Source of the DNA: Styela clava
Taxonomy: Eukaryota
Direction of reading: 5' to 3'
Assembly (NCBI RefSeq): GCF_964204865.1
Contig: NC_135261.1
Span: 15,376,001-15,440,000, forward strand
Length of the DNA: 64,000 nucleotides
Shown: positions 37,341 through 51,008 of the stretch, in pieces
Numbering within the stretch: the stretch's first letter is position 1
Layout: each line of letters begins with the position of its first letter
The notes under the pieces: model-generated
Told to the model about the DNA's origin: nothing
Database searches by the model: none
The model's input: only the letters and a program-made list of their open reading frames with translations
Made by a program: the position numbers and the translations under genes

Positions 37341-40300
37341 ATGAACTCGTACTTCAAGCCTCAAAACATTACCGAATTATATTATCAAAATATGAAGCAC
37401 AAAGGGAATACAACTGAAAAACATTTGGGAAATTGGGAAGAATGTACACACGAGACATCAAGAACTTATACATTGCCAACGAAATGCATCAAAAGCAAAT
37501 CAAATTGTAAAAAAATATTTCAAATTTCTTCATCATGCCGCAATATATTTATTTTATTCACAATATCGTTCATAATGTTTGGAAATATAAAAGGTGAGTT
37601 AAATTATAACAGCTGCTTATCAAAATTATTTACTCTTTCTTTCTCTTGTTTTATTAAATTATGAGAGTAGATTCCTCGATATAGAGCTTTAAAACTTATC
37701 GTTTAAAAGAAAACTCTCTCTTTACCTATCATTACCTTATATTTTTTAGAAATTTCAGCAACTTTACAAAATAATTTTGAAAAAGAAATAAGAAACGACA
37801 AATCAGAATATGGTCAAAAAGAATTGTGGATGATCGCAATGAAAAGTTATTTTGACGGTAGGTAAAAGGGAGCATTTGAGATTTCGAATGGCAATCATTA
37901 TCTTTTTTGCTTAACGCGTAATAAAGATGTTGGTTTCCGCATTGACGAAATTGGGTAGTAATATTGTGTAGTTGGCTTCATCATCATTTAATTGAAAACA
38001 ACGAATTACAAATTCTTTTATTCGATGGGGTCACATAAGTTCACGGTAAAACACCCACCCAAAATTTTTTTTATATCAATTTAACAGCGAGTGTAAACTT
38101 TCCCACATAAATGATGACTTTCAATCAATTTAGAACAGAAGTTTCTTTTTATTACTTTAAAATAAAACATAAAATAACGAATTGACTCACAACTTAACTC
38201 AAAATAATTCCTGACAAATGGGATTTGATTTTGTCATGTTCCATGAATAGTGTGTCGATTGTCTTCAACCAATAGACTTTATTTATTCAAATTTTAGGGT
38301 CTCTGCAAGAGTTCGGAATGAAAGATAAAATGTATGATTTTTTATTGGAAATGAAGAAATCAATAGATAAAAAGGAAAAAGGTAACTTAAGCGTATTTGA
38401 TTATACTTCTAATTAATTCATGTAAAATTTACTACATCGTTCAAATAAGGTCTTTAAAATATGGTTTAAAATGAGATACCGCCATGATGTGACAGATTTT
38501 AGAGTTGAGATTTCATACTAAACATTATATTTCAACGGTCGTGTTGATTCTACGATAAATTTGAGGGTTCGAATATTTGGCAAAATTAAAATCATGTCAG
38601 ACTTATATTATATTTACAGTGCTACTATCATATTTTTGCAGTAACAACTGATATTCCATCCGAAGAAACGACAAAATCATGGTTGCAATTTATGGAAGAA
38701 GATGCAATGAATAGCTACGGTATGTATTTGTTTTTGATCATTGATATATTGTAAATTGCATGTTATAGGTTTTGTTTTTGACTGTGTTCGGGTCGATGGT
38801 CAAAAATCTGGAGTTCAAATCATACAAACATGAAACAATCTCTCCTGAGTCTATTTAAAATGGTGACGCTTTAAGTAGATGATCCAGTCTTTTAAAATAT
38901 AATAGGTTTCTGTTAGTCGCTTACTTGGTTGGACGGTTTGAAAAACGCCAAAAATAACATATAGAGGTTTTTGATGAATGAAAATAAGTGATGGAGCACG
39001 CGATTCGATTTGCATTTTGAATTTCTGATGTAGTAGGCCTAGTCGAAATGTATTTTGAGAATGTTCATGAAACAGCAAATGTTGGTTTATAAGATTGTGT
39101 TTTCATCCTTCTTATAAACCTTTTTTTGTAATTGTAGATGAGGATACAAACCAAACTGAGTTGCATAGATTCAGGAGAGAAACTGGGGAAGGTAGTGGCA
39201 GCGGATACGAACCGACTACCACAACGGAAGCAAGCATTGAACAGACCACAGCCCAAGAAGAAGGCAGTGGTATCACTACGGAAGCCCATTCGGAAACAAC
39301 TACCGACTATCAGAATAATGAAACCAACACGACGCCATTTTTGGAGACCTCGAGTGAACAAACGACGTTTGTGCCGAGTACTTCATTTGAGATGACACCA
39401 CAGTCCCAAACCGCGGCATCGACAGAGCAAACCACGTCACAAGAAGTATCGAGTACTACATTTGAGATGACACCACAGTCACAAACCGTGGCATCGACAG
39501 AGCAAACCACGTCACAAAAAGTATCGAGTACTACATTTGAGATAACACCACAGACACAGACCGTGGCATCGACAGATCGGCCCACGTCACAAGAAGTATC
39601 TATTTCCGTTGAAACCACAACTTTCAGCGACTACACAACAGGTGAATTAACAACACAATCAGATCACACCAATCTGGTAACAACAATTTTCAAAACAGAA
39701 ATTACAACAGGAACTGATGCAACCTATTCAGACAACACGACGCTTTTAACAACTCCAATGAACGTCGAGGAAACAACAAACAGAATAACAAGCACCAGTT
39801 CATTCGAAATATCAACTGCATCATTCTTGGGTAAGAAATTAAAATTTACCTTTTAAAATATAAAGAAATTTGGTAACAGAAGTGCTACCTTTGTCCACGA
39901 AACTCCAACGTAATCTATTACAGTATTACCCGTAAGATTTAATTCCAAATCATAAGCCTTGTGACGTTATATTGCTAATAAATCTAAACATCTCATCTTG
40001 TAGTTTTGCATGAAGAGCCCTATGACATGGATCTATCTAAATTTAACACGTTTCATCTCGTTTAAGATCTGTGTACAACCGATCCAGATAGTTGTTCCTC
40101 CGATCAGTTTTGTGTCCAGACGTCAACAATTAAGAAATGCGAATGCAGGCCTGGTTTAACGGCAGACTCGAATGACATATGCGACGAACCAGGTAAAACT
40201 ATTGTCAATGTTCACTACAACATAACCACACAAAACATATGAATGTTAATGACTGTTTGTCTTTTACATTATCCCTGTTGGTCCAAATAATTGAAAGATA

Positions 40301-43300
40301 TTTGTAAAAAGAGAAAGAGTATGCATGATTCGATTTTGATGTAAAATCTGTGTAGATAATCACTTTCGTTGATAGTGTCGTCTACTCCTTACTAAGTTCA
40401 GTATTCTCTATAAGGTGATATATATTACTACTAAGATTACTTCAAACAAAACCCCTTAATAATGCTTTTTCGATATTAGTGAAACAATTTGGTGGGCAAC
40501 TTCATGTAGATGTGGAATATAACGAAGATCTTGACGACCCTTCTTCAGCTTATTATCAGGAACAAGAGAAAATTTACATCAATGTAGTAAGTACTATGAA
40601 TGCTAAAACAAGTTAATGAATGGCGTAATTTGCTACAATTACGAATTACGATAATATATTCAATTAGATACCATTGCTTTATATCGTAACATGAATTTTA
40701 TTTTACAGTAAAGTCGACTAATGGAACCAAATAAAAACAACAATATCAACTTAAATATAATTTGCGTGAATTGAACTTGATATAGCAAATATTTAGGTTA
40801 AAGAGTTTTTTACTTAATCTATTTGAGCAAAAAATCACCTTTAAGGTGTATTGAATTTTGTATCATTGCGTATAAAGCAGTATAAACTATTTGCAAGTAA
40901 CGTTTCTTTGTAGAGTAGATGTACCCCTTATAACGAAGTACGCGAGACAAAATATCAGATAAATGTGTTTTTTTTTATTTTTAGTTGAAATTGGCCTACA
41001 AGGATGAGACGTGGTACATCGACGTCAAAATTATAGGATTCAAACGAGGGAGTACAGTCGCTCAATATGAGCTCACAACAAAAGATGACGAATCCGTTAA
41101 TTCCTCAACAATTGAAGAGTCTTTCGCAGTATTTCTTACCAATGATACATATTTTGTATGTATCCCTGTAATTTCTAAATACTTCCTTACATAGGCGTTA
41201 CTTAATACATTCGATTTATTACCGAAATACGTTTAGTTACATACCACTAAACCATTATGACGTCATTTAAACAAGAAGTATTTGGATGTGGTGGTGGTTA
41301 TATGTTTAATCTTTCCCTTTGTACTGTTGTTAAGTCGGCAATATTTTTGCTATAAAAAAATTATTTCATTTATTTTCATTTATTTTTACAATCCTTCTTT
41401 TATCCTTTTCATGATGCAATAATATCGAAAGTGTTACACCCACTCAGATATTATTAAATAACAATGAAATTTCGAAATTGCCATAATACTGACAAAAGTT
41501 ACACCAATGAAAAGGTCAAAATGTTTAACCTTAAAACAACCCATCGTGTATTACAACACCAAAATTTAAAAAATTTAAATATTATTTTTTTTTCATTATT
41601 TTTTCATCACTGTTTATATGCAGCCTGATAATTGCACGTGCGACTCGGTGAATTGTAGTACACAAGGATTGGATTTAACAGGACCTCTAATATCAGATGA
41701 ATCTTGTAACGACGCAGGAGGTAATTTTCCCCCCTTTTCTCCTCTGTTTCGTATACTACACTTTTACATTGTAGTATGTACATTTATGAGTATTGTCCAT
41801 GGGAATGGGATTCCCATGGGAAACGTCCCATGGGATGGGGTGGGACAGCACACATATGTATTTCCCATGGGACACGTTTTGCATGCCTCTTCTTACATGT
41901 AGTCCTATTTATTAGACGTTATATCTGAATTTAACAGTTTTTATTGATTTTTTTTCCAATGGGAATTCTATGAGCTGGGATTGGACAGGCATAATTGCTA
42001 TGAGATGGGAATGGGACAGAAAAATATGTCCCATGGACAAGCCTGGGGATTGATATATAGTTCCATTCACCATTTGAACGCACCTCTGTAGAAGCATTAG
42101 AGGGCTACCATCTTAAGGAGCGGCTTTGGTGTTGAAGGAAGCTGCACAAAATGTGTAATGCCGATCAAGTACAATACGTACAATGCTTGTTACTTGGCGT
42201 GTTCAAATGCATCTTGTCAAAATAAAAAATGGCGATAATTTTCCCAAGATCTGAGTAAAATTAGTTGCAAAAATACTGAAAACATAGTACTGATTCCTAA
42301 TCGTGGTGGTTTTAAGAGTATGCAAATGTAAATATATGCAAACTATCTTTTACTCAGGTGCCACCACGGTGCTGTGCTCTCAGCCAACGACTTCTCAATT
42401 CTGCGAGAATTCTACAAGTTCCTGCGACGCAACCACAGAAGGAGTTATATACTGCAATTGTAAAGCAGGATTCGTTTCAAATCCAGACACACCAAACTCT
42501 TGCATAAGTAAGTTAAATAATATCATATCTGACCATGCACTGCTGCAATACTCGATAGCTGTTGCGAATTTGTTATCAATATAATAGTTAGGGAAATGAT
42601 CCGACTATTCTTTGAAAGTTTATTATTAGTGATGTGAATTATTTTTGAATTCAAATTCTAAGCAGAATATAACTTTACTTTTCACACTTTTATATAATAA
42701 AATATATTTTCGACCTAAAATTAAAGTTTACTATCTCCTATATTACCTTAAAATATTTTATATTTTAATCTCGACGATAAGTTTAAAAAGTATAAATATC
42801 TAATATTCGTTTTGCTAAATTTCTTTATAAATTTTGCTAAGCTTTTGAAATAAATATTTGTTACATTATACCAGAACAAATTTGCCAATTCAACACGAAT
42901 TCTGGCTGCAATGCACCATTTGGACAATGCACAAATACCGCAAATGGAGTAGGACAATGTAAATGCATGTGGGGATTTTACGGAACCAATTGTTATGAGC
43001 GTAAGTCTTTATCCTATACGTTGGATATTATTTCTAGATTTCAACCTATTTTCTAAAATTCTTGATATTCGAGGCGATAAAAATTAACTTCAACTAAAAC
43101 GAAAAAAGTAGTCATTAAGTCATCCTTACTCTACGAAACTTTATATCGCTGGGTGGATACGGTGCAGCACCAACTTGTGGTTAAAAACTACTAAGAATAT
43201 TACTGGAATTAAGGTTAAAAACTACTAAGAATATTACTGGAATTAAGGTTAAAAACTACTAAGAATATTACTGGAATTAAGAAAGATTCTGTCTATATAT

Positions 43301-45486
43301 ATAACTAGATGTCTTTTTTTAGCATGGTTGTTCGTATTTGTTGTTGTGATAAGTGGGCTAGTTTTCATCGCCATAATTGTTGTTGTGGTATGTTGCATAA
43401 AAAAGAGAAGAGCAAAGAAATCGTGGAAAAATTCGATGAATTATTACGATAATGTTATTTATGAAAACGTGAGTCATGCTTACTTGTTAATGCTTATTCA
43501 TTGTGTGAGCAATTTTGTAGTATTCTTATTAGCTGTAGATTTTGCGTAGTTTGAATTTGCTGTCTGTGGCTTGAACTGAATTGCATTCGATTTAAACTTC
43601 ATTTATTTACTCCTTCCGTTCTCTCAGTTTTGACTTATCTTTAAGTCTATCAAGGCAATTCCATGTCCTCGTTAGTTTTCTTCTTTGTCAATTTTCTTTC
43701 TTCGCCTATCTTATCATTTCTACGATAGTGAATGATTGGTTTTCACACAAAATGTAGGATGGAAAGATTTCCAGAGACGGACGATACAAAAACACATACG
43801 AATGGGATCAACAAATGAGTAGCGTCGTTCCCAAATCAGTAAGGAATAATTTTCAATTTTTGCAATATTTTGATTCACCATACAAAGAAAAATATCAATT
43901 CTGCTTATAAAATATCGATTTTCATGATTGTAAGCAATTGAATTTTTAATGAGATTTGCATGTGCTGCATGTTAGTTCTCTTTTCTTTCTATCGATTTCA
44001 GTACAAAGGCACGAATCAAGATTTTCAGGTATGCTTCACTGTAATTATTTTGCAACTATTGCTTGTTTTTTTCGTTTTGAAATTTGTTAATTGTGAACGA
44101 ACAAGTAGTTTAGGAATATATTGCTTTCTATGATTAATCGAGAATTTGATTTATTTACGATTTATATTTAAACACGACGGCGCCAAATAATAGTAGGCCC
44201 ACATCATTTTCTGGATGCATTGTATTTGTTTTAGTTGGTCATGCATAAAGACAGTGGATAATCATGAAACAGGTCCAGAAATACTTTTCAGAAAATTCAA
44301 GTAAAAATATGTGGTTGCAAAAATCGAATATATTTCTCAAAATTAGCATATTTCAGCTTTATTGAAGGATAGTAGATAATCTTGACTTTGAAGCATATTG
44401 TGACTATACCTACATATGCGTGAAGTAATACTTTGTTCATTACAGCCATATGACAACACCTTGAGAGCCACAGAGGTGCACGAAATCAGCGATAGCAATG
44501 GACATGATACCCCGGTAAGAAACAGCTTTCAGTGTTTTATCATTGACTTTTCATTAGTGTGGTATTCTACAAAAATACTATATTTTTTGACATTTGGAAT
44601 ACAGGTATCGCGAAATGTTCATGCTGAAACACATAAATTAGATGACTGGATAACAACAGATGAAAATTCAGAACAAAATCCAAGACAATATGAATACGCA
44701 CAGGTCAGATTGAACTACAAAATATGTCATAAAATTGATTTTATCTGGCTTGTTGTAATTAAAATGTAATCTATATCTTTGTGAATTTACTCTGAATAAC
44801 GTTTCTATGTCATATTCAGTAGGAAAATGTATTTGTTGGTTTACGGATGAGCAGTTTGCAGCTATATGCAACCAAAAGCCTGTCCCAATCTATTGAGTGA
44901 ATTTGGACGCGTCCGATAATACAACTAACAGTTTTTTACTCCGGTCTTGTTAATAATTTACAAAATGATTCATGAAATCAGATATAATCGACTGAAGGAA
45001 CCTGTAAATGAAATTTCCTTTGGTTATGGTTTTACAATAATATATCATTGGCTAGTGCTGGCAAAATTTTTCAACCCTTTGACCAATCAGACCACCATTG
45101 TCAGCAAAATGTTAGGCAACTCTTGAAATAATTGTATGGAATGTCACATTAAGATGTGTCTCTGAATTATAAAAATAACAAAATAGGATGCAAGGACTCG
45201 GAGAAAATATGATGAAAATTGATAATAATAACTTTTTAGCAAATTCTTTCTTTTTTAAGTACAAATAATGTGAAAACGATTTGTCCGTTAGTTGGTTGGT
45301 TGGATAAAGGCATTTATTTCCACAACAGCCATAACGAGTTTGAAAAACGATCTAACTCGTGTCCAAAAACTTTTGTATAACCAGTATCATTCTATACAGG
45401 TGAATCGATCATACCAAACAACGGAGGACAACGAGATAGACCAGTCACCAAGAGAGATGTCAACATTCAGCCAAACCAAATTTTGA
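37341..45486 (+). CDS. Transmembrane mucin with MUC13-like architecture (PTS-EGF-SEA-EGF-EGF-TM-tail); exons 37341-37593, 37750-37857, 38298-38381, 38642-38719, 39138-39830, 40067-40192, 40480-40586, 40985-41155, 41624-41720, 42358-42507, 42875-43000, 43323-43468, 43758-43838, 44002-44028, 44446-44514, 44605-44703, 45400-45486
   Basis: Thr/Ser-rich exon, three 6-Cys EGF exons, SEA domain (YNEDLDDPSS...FKRGSTVA), TM followed by KKRR; GT-AG exons chain in frame. The first four exons and start codon are less certain. Confidence 0.85.
39375..39600 (+). repeat. Coding tandem repeat, 75 bp (25 aa) x3
   Basis: STTFEMTPQSQTVASTEQTTSQEVS units; gagtact at 39376, 39451, 39526. Confidence 0.9.
41793..42045. 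mobile_element. hAT-like MITE rich in (a)tggga motifs, in a mucin intron
   Basis: ttgtccatggga ... tcccatggacaagcctg inverted ends; left end truncated; no TSD seen. Confidence 0.65.
43179..43281. repeat. Perfect 34-bp tandem repeat x3 in a mucin intron
   Basis: ggttaaaaactactaagaatattactggaattaa repeated. Confidence 0.95.
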
Positions 45487-46220
45487 TGAAGTCGAAGAGT
45501 TATTTTATCGAGTTTATACTTGCTCTATACTTGCCTGTTACACACAATGCAAGATTCATGAACTATGAATGTGTTATTGTAATCCAAAACCTTTGTCATA
45601 AAAGAAAGCATATGAAACGAACGACCAGTACGAAGCAAACGTTTTGATAAAACAATTTTTATATTTTCTACATATTCAGGCGAATGAAGCTAGTTGTTTT
45701 TAAAGTCGACGCTGATATTTGCAGTATATTATCCTATTTAACACTATTTTGTATTGATACTTATAATCTTTCATTTCAACTAACACAAGCCTTATCAATT
45801 TTTCACTTTTGACTATTTATTTGTATGATCATAAAACTCATATTGTATAATGTATATATTCTAATGCGATTAACTGTCATCAGATTCAAAAAGAAATTCA
45901 TGAGTTACACAGACAGCACTAAAAAACTCATCTTTATATATTCAAACATATGTAACTAAAACAGTACATTACTGCATTTTTAAAATTGAACCTTTTTTTT
46001 TAATTTTCGTTGCTATTTGGTGAAAAAATAAAAATTAATTTACACGCTTGTTTTAATTTTCAAGTAAAAAATTTCGGATGAGGAAAATATTGCGTAAAGC
46101 AGTACCAAATTGAGATATAATTTTGTTCTATTATAGTGTTTTTGTAGTTGAAACAAAAACTGTCCATGCTTCTTCGAGGAAAGCTATTCGAGGTAAACTT
46201 CTGCATATTGTACTTTATTC

Positions 46221-46422
46221 GGTGTTCCCGTCGTATTTGTACCAGATTAAGTTCGTTTTCTGATTTTCCTTATTTTGGTTCCATTACGAGTTACAGGACT
46301 GTCTGTGTTTGTCAAGCGAGTATACCAGGGGGCCGATAGGCTTCCGTCACTTTACACAACTCGGTGCAAAGTAGGCAAACAAAATTAGTTACTTCTATAT
46401 TGGTAAACATACTTCTGGAGCG
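46221..46422 (+). mobile_element. MITE family copy
   Basis: Homologous to 31957 and 36449 copies. Confidence 0.7.
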
Positions 46423-46757
46423 CCATTTATTTAATTATTCATAATTGACCCTGACGAATGTTTAGTATACGCAAAGCAATACGAACATTCAAATATCCTT
46501 TGCGCATCGGTGGACATTATTAGCGATTACTCGAATGGTTAGCAATACAAAAGCAAACTCTTTTACCATCATCGAATCATGACATTCAAGGCGAGCACCT
46601 GCTAAATCATGCAATAAATTACCTGACTTATATATATAAAAGAAACTCAAAACAATCGATAATTAGGCAGCATGTGTTTATTTTTATCTTTGTCAGACAT
46701 GGGCTATAGTTCGGACATAACAAGCAAATTACAAATAAAGAAAGAGTTTCTCTGTAG

Positions 46758-47036
46758 TATTCACTATCGGATATTTCTCCTCAACATCGACTCATCGTCC
46801 CCCCATTTCCAGTGGTTCACGCGTTCTGTCACAATAAATGAATTGAAATACGTTTCATCCAATATCCAATTTTATTATCTTATACTCTGAATCTTCACTA
46901 TTCACTATCGGATATTTCTCCTCAAAATTGACTCATTGTCCCCCCATTTCCAGTGGTTCACGCGTTCTGTCACAATAAATGAATTCAAATACGTTTCATC
47001 CAATATCCAATTTTATTATCTTATACTCTGAATCTT
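46758..47036. repeat. Tandem duplication, 141-bp period x2
   Basis: tattcactatcggatatttctcc... at 46758 and 46899. Confidence 0.9.
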
Positions 47037-47503
47037 TCAAACATTATCGCATACCAATTGCAATGCTTCCACAGGTAATCCCTGTAACATGAGTTAGTAT
47101 GTTTACACTATGATATGGGATAAACAACAACCTAAGAATTGTCGTTCCAACAAAGATGTACTCAATTTCTACGATTGGAAATATAATTTGCAACTGCTTC
47201 CTAATACATGACGAGCTAAAATAACTAAGGCGATATACTTGTGGTTGGTATTAACGGATTGCGTAGGGCGAAGCTTCCACTGCTTCTTAAAAAATGTTGT
47301 GACGACAAATACAGATTTCGAACGATCAAAATTCAAAACAGTGTCTGTATTCTTTTAAATCGGACAACATTATTCTAAGCAAACATTTATAACTAAACCG
47401 TGAGCGGATAAAAGTTGCAAACGTCCAAAACAACATAATATACTCCATTGCTAATAGGTTATTCGAATTTCTACTTTTGTTATTTCAGTTTTGATGTTAC
47501 TGA

Positions 47504-48736
47504 TTATACCAGCTTTTTAGCTATGAAAAAAGCTTTTAAAGAACGCATCTGATACCATCCAGTTGATAGTAATACTGCTAGTTGGACGCACGCCCAAATT
47601 AATACTCTACTATTTATAGTTTCCGCTCTATCTCGAAATTTCATTTCCGCTCTCCTGTATAAATTTTGAGTTTGGGTGATAAATTCAACTGACTCCATAA
47701 CAGCCCGTATTCTCTTTTGCAAAGAAATCAGCTTGTTACCACCGTTCGTAATTTCATCATCGTCTTCGTCATTCTCATCATCATCATCACCATCGTCGTC
47801 GTCATCATCTTTGCGGATTTTCCTCTCTTGTGAACTTTTTGGCTGATCAGTGTCAACCGTAAATGATACTTTTATTTGGCCTGAATCAAAGTATAAAATT
47901 TGATAAAAAACAGGCTCTATCCTTGACAAAGCTCATTGCCAAATAATGAAATACCTTTGATGGTAAAAAACACACCTGATTGACTTCTAACACTTACGAT
48001 AACCTTACAAATAATTTGTTACCAGTGAAACAAATTCCTTCCCCGAGAATTATATGCATACTATCACACATACGTTTTGAAATATAGTTAGAGGAAAAAA
48101 TGTTATCCATCGCTGCACCCAATATGTTTCAACAGGCAACAGCACCTTCAGGTTTACTATTTATTTTATCTGAGTATATAGAAGAGAACGGTTTCAAATT
48201 CGACTTCTACTGAGCAAAAAAACACAATACAACAATACGCAGGATATATATATCCTCTAAAAAGTCCCGACTGAATAAGTCGTAGACGATTCAATTAATT
48301 TGTTTCTATGATTATAAATTCTATTATAACTTATAATTCTATGAAAATAAAAATGGTACCGAAATATCTAGGCTTTATTTCTCACACCAAACAAAAATAA
48401 TTTAGTGTATGCTTGTCTCTCACCTGTAGCATACATCGCCCACTTCGTTGAATTTGTGCTCGTGCATATTGCGTGCTCACCACTTTTATGAGCTGTGAAA
48501 GTAACAGTTGATCCGCTGCCATATTCTCTTTTTAGCATTAGTTTTCCGTCTGGATCGTGTACTCGCACAATTAGACCAATTGGATCACCAGATGATATCG
48601 AAGAGTTGTAACGGAATGTTGTCGTAGCTCCTTCGGACAACTCATCAAAAATGCATCTCGTTTCTTTTTCGCCAAGTAGGTAAAACATACAATTAACGTG
48701 ACAGACGCACAGTAAACTTATTAACAAAAGTTTCAT
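47504..48736 (-). CDS. p24alpha family (TMED4/9/11-like) GOLD-domain cargo receptor; exons 48736-48424, 47880-47504
   Basis: Signal peptide, GOLD cysteines (ETRCIFDE, GEHAIC), coiled coil FRDRAETINSRVLIW, TM, FFIAKKLV dilysine tail; phase-1 intron. Confidence 0.9.
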
Positions 48737-50536
48737 ACTTCTTTTTTCAGTTATTCAACCCTGTAAAAATAGGCATGAAAAAGTTTGTAAGACAAATAAT
48801 TCAAATAATTGTCGAACTATGGTACTGATTTAAATGTCTATCAAGTGATAACTTAATTCGACTAGGTTCGTAACCTTCCATTTACAAACTGTGTACTGTA
48901 ACTAAAATATAAACAGTTCTAAACTACAAATTCAAAGAGAGGGTTTGCACTTGCAGTACTACACTCCGATGGACGCTCCTATATAATTTGAAATATTTTT
49001 TTTTGATTCGCACAAGAGTTATTATTCATAAATATATACCATATTCAGTACAACGCGATATATGCACACATTAGGCAAAACTTCTCAAAGTTTGAATTAT
49101 CTACACTCAAAAGAATAAAGCCTAAAGACATAAACGCCAAAAAAATCAGAAGAGTTCTGTATATAATAATAAATTGGGAAAAACATCAAAGATAAATATA
49201 TATATATATATATATTATATATAGCCTATATACGGTAATAATATTTGTCATGTGAATCCATTCATTAACAAAAATTTAAATTTTCAGATACAGAGTAAAT
49301 GTGAAACTAGCTTTATTAAACTAATATTTAGGTTTATTAATATTATTGCACTATAATAGACCTATTGCATATTCAAACTATTTTTCCTTGAGCAAGACAA
49401 GAATTTCATGAACCTGAAGAGTACGGCCATAAATAACGATGGGCACAATTTCAAGTTGTTAAAATACACGTACGGAAATCTACTATGAAATAAGTGAAAT
49501 GTAATTTTGATGAAAGCTGGTATATATATGTATCATGAAAGCTGCTATAAATATATCAAGAAAAAGACCTTTCATCCCAAGTGCCCACAGAAAGTAGGAT
49601 CATAAAACTTGGGTCGCCAATAATGAATGATATATACAGTAGATTGTTAGCCGTGTGATAAATATTATTTTATCAAATCTAAGAGTTTTATACATAAAAT
49701 AACACTGTATGTTAAAAATTCCACCAAGTTCATATATATTTTTATCCGAAACTTACCTTGTAGTTGTAAAATTGAACAAAAAAAACAAGACTTCTATAAT
49801 TGCTGTGCATACCGAAAAGTCCATTTACATGATGTACTCGCTATCATAGTTGCCATGAATTTATTATGAATAATATGCGGATGAAAACTCTGAACTACAA
49901 TTCTTGCAATATACCTATAAATCTAAACTATTACTAGCTGAACATAATTCTTTCTACATTTTCCCTAATCTACTGCAGCTAATCCAGCTGTTCCACGTGT
50001 AATTGTCAGTACGCAGTGGCTGGAATTCTTTGTAAAGCAACCGCATGCGCTATATATTGACAGTCTCATGTCCTTATTATAACATCCGAGCCGGAAATGA
50101 TGGTTCGGGTTACAATGTACTCATTACCATATGTTGCAGAATGCTCATGCTTTGGTATTGGAATAATACACAGTATGATATATCGTGACGGCTATGTGTA
50201 AAATAAATGTTTCATATACCATGTAATAGCCCACTATACCCTAACAATGCAATTGAAAAGTTGAATAAACCCGCCAAATATTTTAACACAAAAGTATGAC
50301 CGATGAAAAGGCTACCTTTTATGTAGACAGCGAAGTCGTCCAATCCCGACATACAAATAACAAACAACAATTCACTGAAATACGATTGAAGGAATATCGG
50401 GAACGAATTTGATTGACCGAACGCCGACAAAACCTTTAAAGAACTATCTTAGCAAATTGAAATTTTTGAAAAGTTCGAAAATGAAGGATGAAAGGTAAAA
50501 ATAGCATTCGATACAAAAGAACTCGTATTCTAATAC

Positions 50537-50790
50537 CAAGAGAGCTATGCTCAAATATATGGACACGTAGCGCCACCCAATGGCAATAATTTTGATGACG
50601 TCATAGCAAAAAAAAAGTAATAGCCTTCTGGAGAAAAATTTTATCTTTAACACACTGAAAATTTCAAAGCAATTGGTCTAGTATTCGAAGAGAAAAGCGA
50701 TTTTTTTAAAATGGAGACGGAGACAAATATCAACAATAACAACAAAATTTTGAAACGATTGTTATGGCCACTAAACGTGTCCAATAACAA
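50537..50790. mobile_element. Helentron-associated/DINE-1-like short element (second family)
   Basis: caagagagctatgctc terminal hairpin; subterminal inverted repeats tggacacgt/acgtgtcca; (aac)n; second copy at 60324-60552. Confidence 0.7.
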
Positions 50791-51008
50791 CAAAATTTTG
50801 AAACGAAGCGATTGAGAAGACAAAAAATACATTATCGGACATGAAACTGGCCTAGCATGACTCCGGACACTAAAATATGAAATGATGCAGATTCATTCTG
50901 AATCTGAACCTGCATTCTGCACGTCTCCAAAGTCGGCATTCTGGCATTCCTTGTTTGTCCAGAGCTTATTATCATCGTGTTGTATTAGATTTTGTTAGAA
51001 TCTTCAAC

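Noticed and set aside
39065-39618. Minus-strand and alternative-frame ORFs over the mucin PTS exon
   Set aside because: By-products of low-complexity Thr/Ser codons
44235-44271. Extra mucin tail exon (ttttag|ttggtc...acag|gt)
   Set aside because: In-frame stop in phase 0 and a weak donor; no support from sequence alone
46660-47100. Possible pseudogene on the minus strand overlapping the 141-bp duplication
   Set aside because: Multiple stops and no identifiable protein family
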